DNA from: an uncultured Candidatus Saccharibacteria bacterium
Lineage (GTDB): Bacteria; Patescibacteriota; Minisyncoccia; Phycocordibacterales; SBAW01
Length of the DNA: 39,245 bases
NCBI GenBank assembly: GCA_964349995.1
Contig: CAYGIN010000001.1
Coordinates: forward strand, 1-39,245
Reading direction: 5' to 3'
Part shown: in pieces, positions 6,333 to 14,806 of the stretch
Position numbering within the stretch: position 1 is the stretch's first letter
Layout of the letters: each line of letters starts with the position of its first letter
Translations under genes and position numbers: made by a program
Notes under the pieces: generated by a model
Seen by the model: the letters and a program-made list of their open reading frames with translations, nothing else
Databases searched by the model: none
Told to the model about the DNA's origin: nothing

Positions 6333-6785
6333 TTAGTTTGAGAGTGGAAGGAGATCTCCTGCGATTACAGTGCTTGCTTCAAGACGGCTGTGTTCCGCGG
6401 AGTTTGTAAATAGAATAAATATTGTCTCGCCTACAACAAAATCCCATTGTTCAATGGGGAGTATGGAAACACCGCCGATAACTCCGTCTGCACCAGTAGT
6501 TGCACGGACTCGTGTCATGGTCGCATTTGGGGTTATCCAAACTTTTGCGGTTGCTACTCGCCCTGTGCCGGTATCATACGAGAAGGTCATCCATCCTTCG
6601 ACACTATTATTTTCGACCAACGTTCCGGTCTTTCGAATATCTTTGACGATGCTCAGTGTATTTGTTCTTGCTTTTTGATAGTTCGGGTCTTCCGCACCGC
6701 TCGCTTGCATAATGTTAAGTGTGACACTGCCCGCAAGCAACGCAGCAAGAACAAAGAGGAGCGTCAAAGTATTTTTTTGGTTCAT
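6333..6785 (-). CDS. Exported hypothetical protein (150 aa)
   Basis: It has an N-terminal signal or anchor (TLTLLFVLAALLAGSVTL) and a beta-rich body. Its stop abuts the ligase stop with 0 nt between them (convergent). Confidence 0.7.
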   Translation of the reverse strand: MNQKNTLTLLFVLAALLAGSVTLNIMQASGAEDPNYQKARTNTLSIVKDIRKTGTLVENNSVEGWMTFSYDTGTGRVATAKVWITPNATMTRVRATTGADGVIGGVSILPIEQWDFVVGETIFILFTNSAEHSRLEASTVIAGDLLPLSN

Positions 6786-6791
6786 AGCTGG

Positions 6792-7220
6792 TTATTGGGT
6801 TGGGGATGTAAATATCATTATAGCGTAGGGGACTGTTTGTTCCGCGCTGAGCCACAGGATTACGCGTATCCGAAGACCTTCCGTAAGCGTTTTTGCCGGT
6901 ACTGTGTGCACGAGACGCGAATCGACAATAGTGCCTTGCTGGTCCGGCATCAACATCCGCACCAACATTGCAGTGTCTTTGTCGTAGTGGACGAGAATAG
7001 TTTGAGCGGGTTTGAGTGGGTCCTCGTCCTGCGTGAGCAAAAATGAGTCTGCAGAAAGGCTGCTGACAGTGCCACCGACAGGCATAGTTATATTTTTTCT
7101 GGCTCCAATTTGGAGTGCCTCAATATTCCTGCCCGATAAGGCCAATACTCCCATGGTCGATGCGAGTGCGACTCCTACACACACACCGCACACTACCGCC
7201 AGTGCCGAAGAGGCATTCAT
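6792..7220 (-). CDS. Membrane-anchored hypothetical protein (142 aa)
   Basis: The N-terminus is hydrophobic (ALAVVCGVCVGVALASTMGVLAL). The start codon lies 8 nt from the palindromic AGTATACT box. It is the first gene of a two-gene minus-strand operon. Confidence 0.7.
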   Translation of the reverse strand: MNASSALAVVCGVCVGVALASTMGVLALSGRNIEALQIGARKNITMPVGGTVSSLSADSFLLTQDEDPLKPAQTILVHYDKDTAMLVRMLMPDQQGTIVDSRLVHTVPAKTLTEGLRIRVILWLSAEQTVPYAIMIFTSPTQ

Positions 7221-7228
7221 ACTGTTCC

Positions 7229-7236
7229 AGTATACT
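7229..7236. promoter_or_regulatory. Palindromic AGTATACT box centred in the 23-bp gap between divergent starts 7220 (-) and 7244 (+)
   Basis: AGTATACT is its own reverse complement, so it reads TATACT on both strands. It lies 8 nt and 7 nt from the two ATGs. Confidence 0.55.
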
Positions 7237-7243
7237 AGTATGT

Positions 7244-8698
7244 ATGCGTACCGTTCGTACTTTCATGTCGGCTCTAGCCCTTTTGTTCGCATGTGTGGTG
7301 TACATGTTTTTACCGCTTGAAACTCAAGACGCTGGAGGCGCGCTTCTTTCGTGTACTGTAATAGGAATAGTATTGCTCGACGCATTTCTGCGGGGGTATG
7401 GGCCGAGTCCGCGTCACTGGCATATGTCACAGTGGCTTGTCGTAGCTTTCGTACTCTCTCTTTTTGTCTCGACACTGTTTTCAAAGAACTATACCCATGC
7501 ACTTTGGGGGTTTTCATTCGATATGACATCAGCGCTATTTCTTTCGTTTGTATTCTGTCTACCGCTTATTGTGGGGACACTCCCTGCCGCGACGCGGAGG
7601 ATATTGTTTATAAGTGCATGTCTGTCGCTCGTACTCCTTGTAGCCTTTCCGCTCATACGATCGGAAGTATATGTTCGACCCTCGCATGAAGCCACTCTAG
7701 GGATTGAGTCTGCATCGTACGCAGAAAATGGAACCCGGGCTCTACTTGTTGGACTCGGACCCAATTCGTTTGTGTATGCATGGCAGATGTATAAACCCGC
7801 GGCGGTGCTTACGACACCATTTTGGGCCGATGATTTTCCCGTTGGAAGTAGTGTCGTTACAACGCTCACTATTGAGACAGGAGTTATAAGCGTCCTCCTG
7901 CTTTTTTTGATATACCTGTCTGCCTGCGCAGAGGAGTTATGGAAAAGTATTGCGGAACAGGTACCACGTGGGAGGAAGTTTTTTTCCAGTCTGTCTGTTG
8001 CGCTTGTGCTTGGGTCTTTTGTTGCTCTTGTATACGCAGAGCCGTCCGCTCCGCTCGTGTTGGTGTCGGGCATACTTCTATCCTCATTCCGGTTTCAAAC
8101 GGAACCGCGGTTGCTCCTGAGTATGTGGGTTCGCCGGGCGGCTATTTTTTTAAGCGTAATTTTTATATGCGTTGTCGTATATATAGCAGTTGCAATTGCA
8201 TTTTATTTTTATGCATTTTCACAGGTGCGCGCGGGGAATGTGCCGTTGGCTCGCAGTACGGGCGAGTACTCATATCAACTCTACAAAAATCCCCAGACCG
8301 CGCGGTTTCTCTCGCAAGTATTCCGGTCACTCGGGCATGAGCTGGGCAGGATACACGCATCGAAAAACACCACACAAGACGCATTCCACACTGCGTCCGC
8401 ATATGCGCGGGCAGCTACACAGTACGAGTCGCAGAACGGACAGAGCTGGAAATTACTCGGCATCAGCCTTGCAGAAGAATTGTCTCTCCAAAAAAACCAA
8501 ATCTTTTCTACTGAAGGTAAAAAAGCTTTTGATACGGCGGTGAAGCGAATTCCTAATGACCCGTCGATTCTCTTTTTTGAAGCGCAACTCTACATACTTG
8601 CGGGGGATCAGGTGGGAGCAAAGAACTTGCTCGAAAAAGCTCTTTTGATGAAGCCTGACTATGTGGAGGCGAGTGACTTGCATGAGGCGATTCAGTAA
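7244..8698 (+). CDS. Polytopic membrane protein with a C-terminal TPR-like region (possibly O-antigen-ligase/polymerase-like)
   Basis: There are many hydrophobic helices and then helical repeats at the C-terminus (...NDPSILFFEAQLYILAGDQVGAKNLLEKALLMKPDYVEA). I chose ATG 7244 over GTG 7115, because the longer ORF would overlap the minus-strand gene. The family assignment is an eyeball guess. Confidence 0.75.
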   Translation: MRTVRTFMSALALLFACVVYMFLPLETQDAGGALLSCTVIGIVLLDAFLRGYGPSPRHWHMSQWLVVAFVLSLFVSTLFSKNYTHALWGFSFDMTSALFLSFVFCLPLIVGTLPAATRRILFISACLSLVLLVAFPLIRSEVYVRPSHEATLGIESASYAENGTRALLVGLGPNSFVYAWQMYKPAAVLTTPFWADDFPVGSSVVTTLTIETGVISVLLLFLIYLSACAEELWKSIAEQVPRGRKFFSSLSVALVLGSFVALVYAEPSAPLVLVSGILLSSFRFQTEPRLLLSMWVRRAAIFLSVIFICVVVYIAVAIAFYFYAFSQVRAGNVPLARSTGEYSYQLYKNPQTARFLSQVFRSLGHELGRIHASKNTTQDAFHTASAYARAATQYESQNGQSWKLLGISLAEELSLQKNQIFSTEGKKAFDTAVKRIPNDPSILFFEAQLYILAGDQVGAKNLLEKALLMKPDYVEASDLHEAIQ

Positions 8699-10214
8699 AC
8701 ATATTTTTTGCGCGTGCTTGTTTTTACTCGTATTCATTTTTTTTGGAGTACAAGACTTTTCTCGTGCGCCGATAAAATATAATGTAGTTCTCATAAGTAT
8801 TGACAGTTTGCGCGCAGACCATATGAGTCTCTACGGATACGATCGCACTACAACGCCAGCTATTGATGCATTTGCTAAGCGTGCTGTGGTATTTAATTCT
8901 TTTTTTTCAACGAGCATGATTACTCCAATCAGCGAGGTCAGCGTTCATACAGGTATGTATCCATTTTCAAGTGGAGTTGTTAATTTTGAATCAACCCTAC
9001 CCCCCACAGTTCAGACATTAGCCGAAGTGCTTAAGGAGCAGGGGTGGCAGACCGCTTCGTTTGGCTCATCTGTGGAGTTTAATATGGGAGGCATACGTAC
9101 CTCTCTTTCTAGGGGATTCGACACATATATAGGAAACAACAATACACTAAATGCTCCGTTGCCGTGGTACGGTCGGGGCGGGTCACGTGTGCTGGAAGCT
9201 TTGACGTGGACAAAAAACGCAGTAAAAAATAAGCAGCCCTTCTTTCTATGGCTTCACGTTGGTTCAGTTCACTGGCCATACGGGCAGGATGAGCCCCCAC
9301 ACTTTACTGACCCTTCATATGACGGACGTATGAGACTCGGTTCAATTCCAGAAAAAGGCGTTCCACAACTGAGGCCCCTTTTTGTAGAGAGATATGGGAG
9401 CATATGGCAAGGCAAGGAATACAGGCCAAACAGAGGAGTGATTTCCGCAGACGCAAGCAATGACTTGGCCTATATTACAGACCGCTATGATGACGGCATT
9501 GTGAAGACTGATCGAGAATTAAAGCCAATCCTTGATTTTCTTTCTGAAAGCGAGATTGAAGAGAATACAATCGTTATTATTCAATCGGAACATGGCGAGG
9601 GGCTGGGAGAACGTGGGTATGTTGCTCATTATGATATTTCAGACACCGAAACACGAACTCCTTTGATTCTAAAGATTCCTTCGGTTGATCCGCAACATGT
9701 GGATGCCCTTGCGTCCGGGGTAGATGTTTTTCCGACAGTTCTCTCCGCGCTCGGACTTCATGCGCCACACGTCGACGGGGTTGATTTTATGCCATTTATT
9801 ACCGGAGCATCAGCGACTCCTCCGCGAGAAGAAGTATATTTGACGAGATCACCTCTGTGGGAGCGTATTCTGGTGCAAGCTGAGCCGTGGCTTCAGCCTT
9901 TTGTTGACCAAGATACCGTACACCATTTCCATGACACCGCGGTGCGCACGAATGAGTGGAAGCTTGTGCACCGCAGTGCCCGGGAAGTCGAGAGAATATA
10001 CTCTTGGTACGGGTACCTCACCAGCGGTACCATTGTACGGCCGGAGTACGAACTGTATCATGTGTCGGTAGACCCCTATGAGAGAGCTGATGTGCATGCT
10101 ATATATCCGGAGGTAGTAAAAGAATTGCAGTCAAAATTAGATGCCTTTGAGATGGCGACTGAAGGAACACAAGAGTTGCCGGCATCTGGGGGGCTGCTCC
10201 AGCCATATTTTTAA
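8682..10214 (+). CDS. Sulfatase-family (alkaline phosphatase superfamily) enzyme, N-terminally anchored, LtaS/phosphotransferase-like
   Basis: Motifs: ISIDSLRADH, HVGSVHWPY, SEHGEGLGERG. Thr occupies the position of the Cys/Ser nucleophile (MITPISEVSVHTGMYP) and there is no CxPxR. An alternative start is ATG 8661. Confidence 0.8.
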   Translation: MRRFSKHIFCACLFLLVFIFFGVQDFSRAPIKYNVVLISIDSLRADHMSLYGYDRTTTPAIDAFAKRAVVFNSFFSTSMITPISEVSVHTGMYPFSSGVVNFESTLPPTVQTLAEVLKEQGWQTASFGSSVEFNMGGIRTSLSRGFDTYIGNNNTLNAPLPWYGRGGSRVLEALTWTKNAVKNKQPFFLWLHVGSVHWPYGQDEPPHFTDPSYDGRMRLGSIPEKGVPQLRPLFVERYGSIWQGKEYRPNRGVISADASNDLAYITDRYDDGIVKTDRELKPILDFLSESEIEENTIVIIQSEHGEGLGERGYVAHYDISDTETRTPLILKIPSVDPQHVDALASGVDVFPTVLSALGLHAPHVDGVDFMPFITGASATPPREEVYLTRSPLWERILVQAEPWLQPFVDQDTVHHFHDTAVRTNEWKLVHRSAREVERIYSWYGYLTSGTIVRPEYELYHVSVDPYERADVHAIYPEVVKELQSKLDAFEMATEGTQELPASGGLLQPYF

Positions 10215-10219
10215 GTAGA

Positions 10220-11629
10220 ATGTCTCCAACCATAAAATTTTTTTTCATACTTGTGCTTGTCGGTCTGCTTCTAACATTTGCATGGAGGCAGTATGCCGCA
10301 GAGGCCACATTTGGTATTTGCCGTAACTGCAACGTCATTGTTATTGGTGTAGACACGCTTCGTGCAGACCGCGTGCATGCGCTTGGCTATTTCCGCGACA
10401 CAACACCAACGATAGATGCACTTGCAGGGCGGGGATATGTATTTTCTCAGGCCATAGCTCCGGCAAGTTGGACCGTGCCTTCTTTTATGTCTATTTTTAC
10501 TGGAGTCTACCCATCGGTTCATAAAGTAGTAAATAAGTACAGGGTTTTTACTGAAGAGACGCAAATCCTTTCTAATCTTGAGACGCTTTCTCCAAACATC
10601 CAGACGCTGGCGCAGGTTCTAAAAAACGAAGGATATGCAACCGGTGGTTTTACGGGAGATGCAGGCGTGTCATCCAAATTCGGATACGGCCAAGGTTTTG
10701 ATGTGTATACTGACGAAAAAGCATTTGGTGGACTTGAAAATAGTGAAAACCACGCTCTTGCATGGCTAGATACGCAGAAGGAAAATAATTTTTTTATGTT
10801 CTTTCATGGGTATGATTTACATGGCCAGTTTCCTCCACCTACCCAAGAGCGATATGTAGACGTCACATATACAGGGTCATACACAGGAACTCCTAAAGAA
10901 GAAGAAATCCTTCGAGAGGAGGTGCTCACCCCGCATGGAGTGGAGTTGACAAGTAGTGACGTTTCTTTTTGGAACGCGGTGTATGACAATAAAGTCCGCA
11001 GTGCGGATGAAAAGCTCGGTGCGTTCCTTTCTAAGCTTTCAGACAGAGGCATGCTCTCGCGCACGCTTATTGTGGTCGTGTCTGACCATGGGGAAGAGTT
11101 CTATGAACACGGCGGGTTTGATCACGGACACTCACTATACGATGAACTTATTCATGTGCCACTTTTGTTTATTGTGCCGGGCATGACGGGAGGGGTAACC
11201 ATTTCATCGCAAGTCAGTACCATGGATGTCATGCCTACAATATTGCACCTACTTGGGATCAGGCAGTCGCAAGGGATTGAAGCTCAGTTACGCGGGCGCA
11301 AGAATTTGGCAGAGTATTTTACGAATCCTGCAGGGCCTGGGTCCGATGTGTATTCGGAAACTGATTATCGTGGATATACACACAAACGAAGTATTCGGAC
11401 CGCAGATGGGTGGAAGTATATTATGACGCTTGAGAGTGGAGCAGAAGAATTGTACAACCTCAATACAGATACAAAAGAAAAGACAAATCTTATCGGCGTT
11501 GAGTTAGAAATAGCTGAAACGTTGCGCGTAGGATTGAGACAGCATCTTGAGCAAGACTTACATACTGATCTTTCAAATAGACCAAGCATTTCCTGTTTAC
11601 CTGTATACCAAGGAGAATGTCAGCAATAG
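10220..11629 (+). CDS. Second sulfatase-family enzyme, N-terminally anchored, LtaS/phosphotransferase-like
   Basis: Motifs: GVDTLRADR, SWTVPSFMSIFTGVYP (Thr at the nucleophile position), SDHGEEFYEHGGFDHGHSLYDE. Confidence 0.8.
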   Translation: MSPTIKFFFILVLVGLLLTFAWRQYAAEATFGICRNCNVIVIGVDTLRADRVHALGYFRDTTPTIDALAGRGYVFSQAIAPASWTVPSFMSIFTGVYPSVHKVVNKYRVFTEETQILSNLETLSPNIQTLAQVLKNEGYATGGFTGDAGVSSKFGYGQGFDVYTDEKAFGGLENSENHALAWLDTQKENNFFMFFHGYDLHGQFPPPTQERYVDVTYTGSYTGTPKEEEILREEVLTPHGVELTSSDVSFWNAVYDNKVRSADEKLGAFLSKLSDRGMLSRTLIVVVSDHGEEFYEHGGFDHGHSLYDELIHVPLLFIVPGMTGGVTISSQVSTMDVMPTILHLLGIRQSQGIEAQLRGRKNLAEYFTNPAGPGSDVYSETDYRGYTHKRSIRTADGWKYIMTLESGAEELYNLNTDTKEKTNLIGVELEIAETLRVGLRQHLEQDLHTDLSNRPSISCLPVYQGECQQ

Positions 11630-11684
11630 AGGTCGTCCCCGAACTGTTTTGTAGTCCTGCCTAGATGAGGTATCCTTTTAGGGT

Positions 11685-12278
11685 ATGAGTGGCGGTACTT
11701 TTTCCATAGTGTTTCGGGGGTTCTCCACCCTCATTATTTTTTTTGTTGTGTTGTACGCAGTGAGAGTGTCTGCAGCGACACTCACGACAAATGTCACTAT
11801 AACGGGCGCCGCTAGCGTACTTGGAACCCTTTCCAAAGGATCCGGTACGTTCGTTATTGACCACCCACTCGACCCTGCAAACAAACTGCTTTTCCACTCA
11901 TTCGTCGAGTCTCCTGACGTGAAAAACATCTACGACGGCATCGCAACGCTCGACAGCAGTGGGGAAGCAACAATTGTGTTGCCGAACTACTTTCTTGCAC
12001 TCAATAAAGATTTTAGATACTTGGCAACGCCGCTCGGTGCTCCGATGCCTAACTTGCATTTAGGAAAGGAAATACAGAAACGCTGGTTTAACTTCTTTGG
12101 CCCCATTCAATTTAAAATAGTTGGCGGTGCGGCGGGAGGCCGCGTTTCGTGGCAAATAACTGGCATCCGACACGACAAATTTATTGAAGATAACCCTATT
12201 GTGGTTGAAGTAGAAAAATCCGACACGACGTTGGTAAAAAAAGGCGAGTATGTTTCGCCAGAATTATATGCGCAATAA
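11685..12278 (+). CDS. Secreted paralog 1 of a three-gene tandem family (197 aa)
   Basis: It has a signal peptide and a conserved core: SKGSGTFVIDHPLDPANKLLFHSFVESPDVKNIYDGIATLDSSGEATIVLP...RVSWQITGIRHD...NPIVVEVEKSDTTLVKKG. Confidence 0.85.
   Translation: MSGGTFSIVFRGFSTLIIFFVVLYAVRVSAATLTTNVTITGAASVLGTLSKGSGTFVIDHPLDPANKLLFHSFVESPDVKNIYDGIATLDSSGEATIVLPNYFLALNKDFRYLATPLGAPMPNLHLGKEIQKRWFNFFGPIQFKIVGGAAGGRVSWQITGIRHDKFIEDNPIVVEVEKSDTTLVKKGEYVSPELYAQ
11835..11983 (+). repeat. Near-identical DNA block shared by paralogs 1 and 2 (partner 12403..12551)
   Basis: 148 of 149 nt are identical; the only difference is a11969 versus g12537. Flanking coding sequence is strongly diverged. Confidence 0.9.
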
Positions 12279-12825
12279 ATTACATATCATCAGAATAAGT
12301 GTAAGCCTCCTATTGCTCGGAACCCCTTTGCTTGTCTATGGAGTAACACTCACTGGAAACATACAGTTTCAAGGCAATCTGGCTATTACCGGAAGCGTTT
12401 CAAAAGGATCCGGTACGTTCGTTATTGACCACCCACTCGACCCTGCAAACAAACTGCTTTTCCACTCATTCGTCGAGTCTCCTGACGTGAAAAACATCTA
12501 CGACGGCATCGCAACGCTCGACAGCAGTGGGGAAGCGACAATTGTGTTGCCAAGCTATTTCGACGCACTTAATGTCTCTTTTCGGTATCAATTTTTTCCA
12601 CTTGATACCGCTGATCCTAATCTGTATGTCAAAACTGAAGCAGATGTGACAAAAAATCGCTTTACTATTGCGGGAGGAACTGCAGGCAATAGGATTTCAT
12701 GGCAGATAACCGGCATCCGACACGATAGGTATATTGTGAATAATCCCATTGTGGTTGAAGTAGAAAAATCCGACACGACGTTGGTAAAAAAAGGTCAGTA
12801 CTTATTTGATGGCTATGAAAAATAA
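12268..12825 (+). CDS. Secreted paralog 2 (185 aa from ATG 12268; the ORF also has ATG 12250)
   Basis: It has the same core as paralog 1, including a 149-nt block that is 148/149 identical at the DNA level. Confidence 0.85.
   Translation: MRNKLHIIRISVSLLLLGTPLLVYGVTLTGNIQFQGNLAITGSVSKGSGTFVIDHPLDPANKLLFHSFVESPDVKNIYDGIATLDSSGEATIVLPSYFDALNVSFRYQFFPLDTADPNLYVKTEADVTKNRFTIAGGTAGNRISWQITGIRHDRYIVNNPIVVEVEKSDTTLVKKGQYLFDGYEK
12403..12551 (+). repeat. Partner of block 11835..11983
   Basis: See 11835..11983. A further 47-nt perfect block links 12198..12244 with 12748..12794. Confidence 0.9.
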
Positions 12826-13570
12826 TATAAACTCATTAAAATATTTCATCGCGCCAGTCGTGTTTTTACTCCCTCTGGTCTTCTTTTTTCTTCCGGTGCA
12901 TACCATATATGCATATGGTCAGGGGTACTATGTCGGCTACTACCAAGCTGCCTACTATAGCCAGCCATACTACCAAGGGTACTACCAAGGCTACTATCAG
13001 CCATATTATCAACCTTACTACCAGCCGACGTATCAGACGGTGTTTACTAGAAATGCGGCAGCAACTAGAAATGTTAGTGTTACCGGCGTTCTTTCTAAAA
13101 GCTCCGGTACGTTCGTTATTGACCACCCACTCGACCCTGCAAACAAACTGCTTTTCCACTCATTCGTCGAGTCTCCAGATGTAAAAGACCTCTATGACGG
13201 AGTTGCAACTCTTGACGACACAGGTGAGGCGACTGTTACACTGTCCACCTACTTTGAAGCTCTTAATAAAGACTATCGATATCTGATACGGCCACTCGGG
13301 CAGTCAATGCCAAACCTCTACATCAAGCAGGAAGTCAAGAACAATCAATTTTTGATTGCCGGTGGCGTCAAAGGAGGCCGCGTTTCGTGGCAAATAACTG
13401 GCGTCCGCCATGACCCCTACATCGTCGCACATCCAATCGTGGTTGAAGTGCAAAAAAGCAAAGATGCCCTAGTCGACAGGGGGCAGTATGTGTATGCCGC
13501 TGGTTTTACATCACAAGGGAGAGGGCTGTTTGGTTCCATCACGTCCCTTCTCGGCTCTTTTTTCCGTTAG
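12815..13570 (+). CDS. Secreted paralog 3 with a Tyr/Gln/Pro-rich low-complexity insert
   Basis: It has the same core (SSGTFVIDHPLDPANKLLFHSFVESPDVKDLYDG...RVSWQITGVRHD) plus YAYGQGYYVGYYQAAYYSQPYYQGYYQGYYQPYYQPYYQPTYQ after the signal peptide. The ORF opens at TTG 12806, with ATGs at 12809 and 12815. Confidence 0.85.
   Translation: MKNNINSLKYFIAPVVFLLPLVFFFLPVHTIYAYGQGYYVGYYQAAYYSQPYYQGYYQGYYQPYYQPYYQPTYQTVFTRNAAATRNVSVTGVLSKSSGTFVIDHPLDPANKLLFHSFVESPDVKDLYDGVATLDDTGEATVTLSTYFEALNKDYRYLIRPLGQSMPNLYIKQEVKNNQFLIAGGVKGGRVSWQITGVRHDPYIVAHPIVVEVQKSKDALVDRGQYVYAAGFTSQGRGLFGSITSLLGSFFR
13103..13186 (+). repeat. 84-nt block in paralog 3 identical to 11841..11924 in paralog 1
   Basis: 84 of 84 nt are identical by hand alignment. 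A 30-nt perfect block, 13373..13402 = 12135..12164, is shared only by paralogs 1 and 3. Confidence 0.85.
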
Positions 13571-13573
13571 TGC

Positions 13574-14806
13574 ATGATTAATTTTAAAACACGCCAAATA
13601 TTTTTTATTGTGCTGGGCGTGTTTGTTTTTGGAGGCGTTGCGGTTGCACTGCGCGTACATTCTGTGCAAAAAACACCCGAGGAATATGCCCGCGCTATTG
13701 TCGCCCACTGCGCCGAGGCATCGAATCACACCTCTTGTTATGAACAGGAGGTGCCTAAACTGTTGGTTCAGGGAGTGCGGTTTGAGGATGCGTTTGAGGT
13801 TGCCTATATTATTCAGCAACTTGATCAAACTGGCGAATACTGTCACCGCATAGGACACGAGCTTGGATCCAAGGAAACAGCAAAAGACACAAGCAAATGG
13901 AAAGAAGTTGCGCGCCGAACTCCTTTAGGGAAGTGTCTTGCGGGCGGACTGCACGGTGCCTTCCAGGAGCGTTTTAAACAGGCATCTCTTTCTCCTGCGG
14001 AGCTTCCTTCTTTTGAAAAAGAAATGCAAGGTTTTTGTGATGTTCAGAAAAATATCCCATCGTCCTCCATTGACCTTTCCATGTGTGCACACGGTCTTGG
14101 GCATTTATTTTTGTTTGCAACGGGAGGAGATATCCAAGAGTCAGTGCGCCTGTGTTCGGCAATTGTTTTTAAAGAAGAGGTGGGTGTAACCAGAGAAGGC
14201 CAAGAGTTGTCGTGTTTTGACGGAATGTTTATGCAACTTTTCGAACCGCACGACGCGGAAGAATACGCTCTTATCCAGGGACATGAACAGACTACAGACA
14301 CTGTCGGTGCTTTCTGTACAACTTTTTTACCGTTGCCAAAAGCCGCCTGTGTTGCACGCAGTGCACCCTTGTTTTATAAAAATCTTACTACGGGGGCACC
14401 ACGCCCGCTCGACTGTGGAACACTGACAGGCCAGCGTCAGCAGGACGCTTGTTTTTCGACACAGCTTCGGCTCTTTGCGCGCGACACATTTTTTAATCTT
14501 GATGCCACAGATGACTACTGTGCAACATACCCAGAAAATAAACGCGGGTGGTGCTATGCTTCCGCCGGTTCATTCGCGTTTATGGCAGGGTACGATTATG
14601 AACAACCGTTTCGATTTTGTGCACGAGCAGAAACACTCGGCGTTGGGGATCAGTGCTACGAAACACTGGCGCAGTTCATCCCATTTGTTTTCAGTACTGA
14701 CGAAAAAACTCGTGCCAGTTTCTGCAAACGCCTACCCGCGCCGTATATGGCCAACTGTATATACGCACAGGCCACTAATCCTACTCCTGCGCCCTCCGCA
14801 CAGTAA
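13574..14806 (+). CDS. N-terminally anchored Cys/His-rich repeat protein, family member 1 (410 aa)
   Basis: It has a TM helix followed by repeated C-x(7-15)-C pairs. Motifs include YCHRIGHELG, CLAGGLHG, MCAHGLGH and SCFDGMFMQLF. Paralogs are at 19943, 21201 and 22284. Confidence 0.85.
   Translation: MINFKTRQIFFIVLGVFVFGGVAVALRVHSVQKTPEEYARAIVAHCAEASNHTSCYEQEVPKLLVQGVRFEDAFEVAYIIQQLDQTGEYCHRIGHELGSKETAKDTSKWKEVARRTPLGKCLAGGLHGAFQERFKQASLSPAELPSFEKEMQGFCDVQKNIPSSSIDLSMCAHGLGHLFLFATGGDIQESVRLCSAIVFKEEVGVTREGQELSCFDGMFMQLFEPHDAEEYALIQGHEQTTDTVGAFCTTFLPLPKAACVARSAPLFYKNLTTGAPRPLDCGTLTGQRQQDACFSTQLRLFARDTFFNLDATDDYCATYPENKRGWCYASAGSFAFMAGYDYEQPFRFCARAETLGVGDQCYETLAQFIPFVFSTDEKTRASFCKRLPAPYMANCIYAQATNPTPAPSAQ

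Noticed and set aside
6447-7046. 199-aa plus-strand ORF (and 6370..6678) across the two small minus-strand genes
   Set aside because: Its product is Cys/Arg-rich with no recognisable features. The minus-strand genes have signal peptides, tidy boundaries (6-nt spacing) and a promoter box at the right distance.
7115-7243. GTG 7115 as the start of the polytopic membrane protein
   Set aside because: It would overlap the minus-strand gene by 106 nt and read through the shared promoter box. ATG 7244 sits 7 nt after AGTATACT and is immediately followed by the first TM helix.
11661-13159. Minus-strand ORFs 11661..11897, 11678..11929 and 12866..13159; two of them begin with the identical MEKQFVCRVEWVVNNERTG
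   Set aside because: The shared peptide is just the reverse-complement reading of the identical DNA block shared by the plus-strand paralogs. It is an artefact of the repeat, not an independent gene family.
11835-13402. Diversity-generating retroelement (template/variable repeat) as the explanation for the near-identical blocks
   Set aside because: There is no reverse transcriptase in the window. The single mismatch is not part of an adenine-specific pattern. The identical blocks encode the conserved core rather than a C-terminal variable region.
456-13570. Prophage or tailocin interpretation, based on the tail-fibre-like motifs
   Set aside because: There are no capsid, terminase, portal, baseplate, integrase or lysis genes. 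The fibre-like protein has a TM anchor and is surrounded by envelope enzymes.
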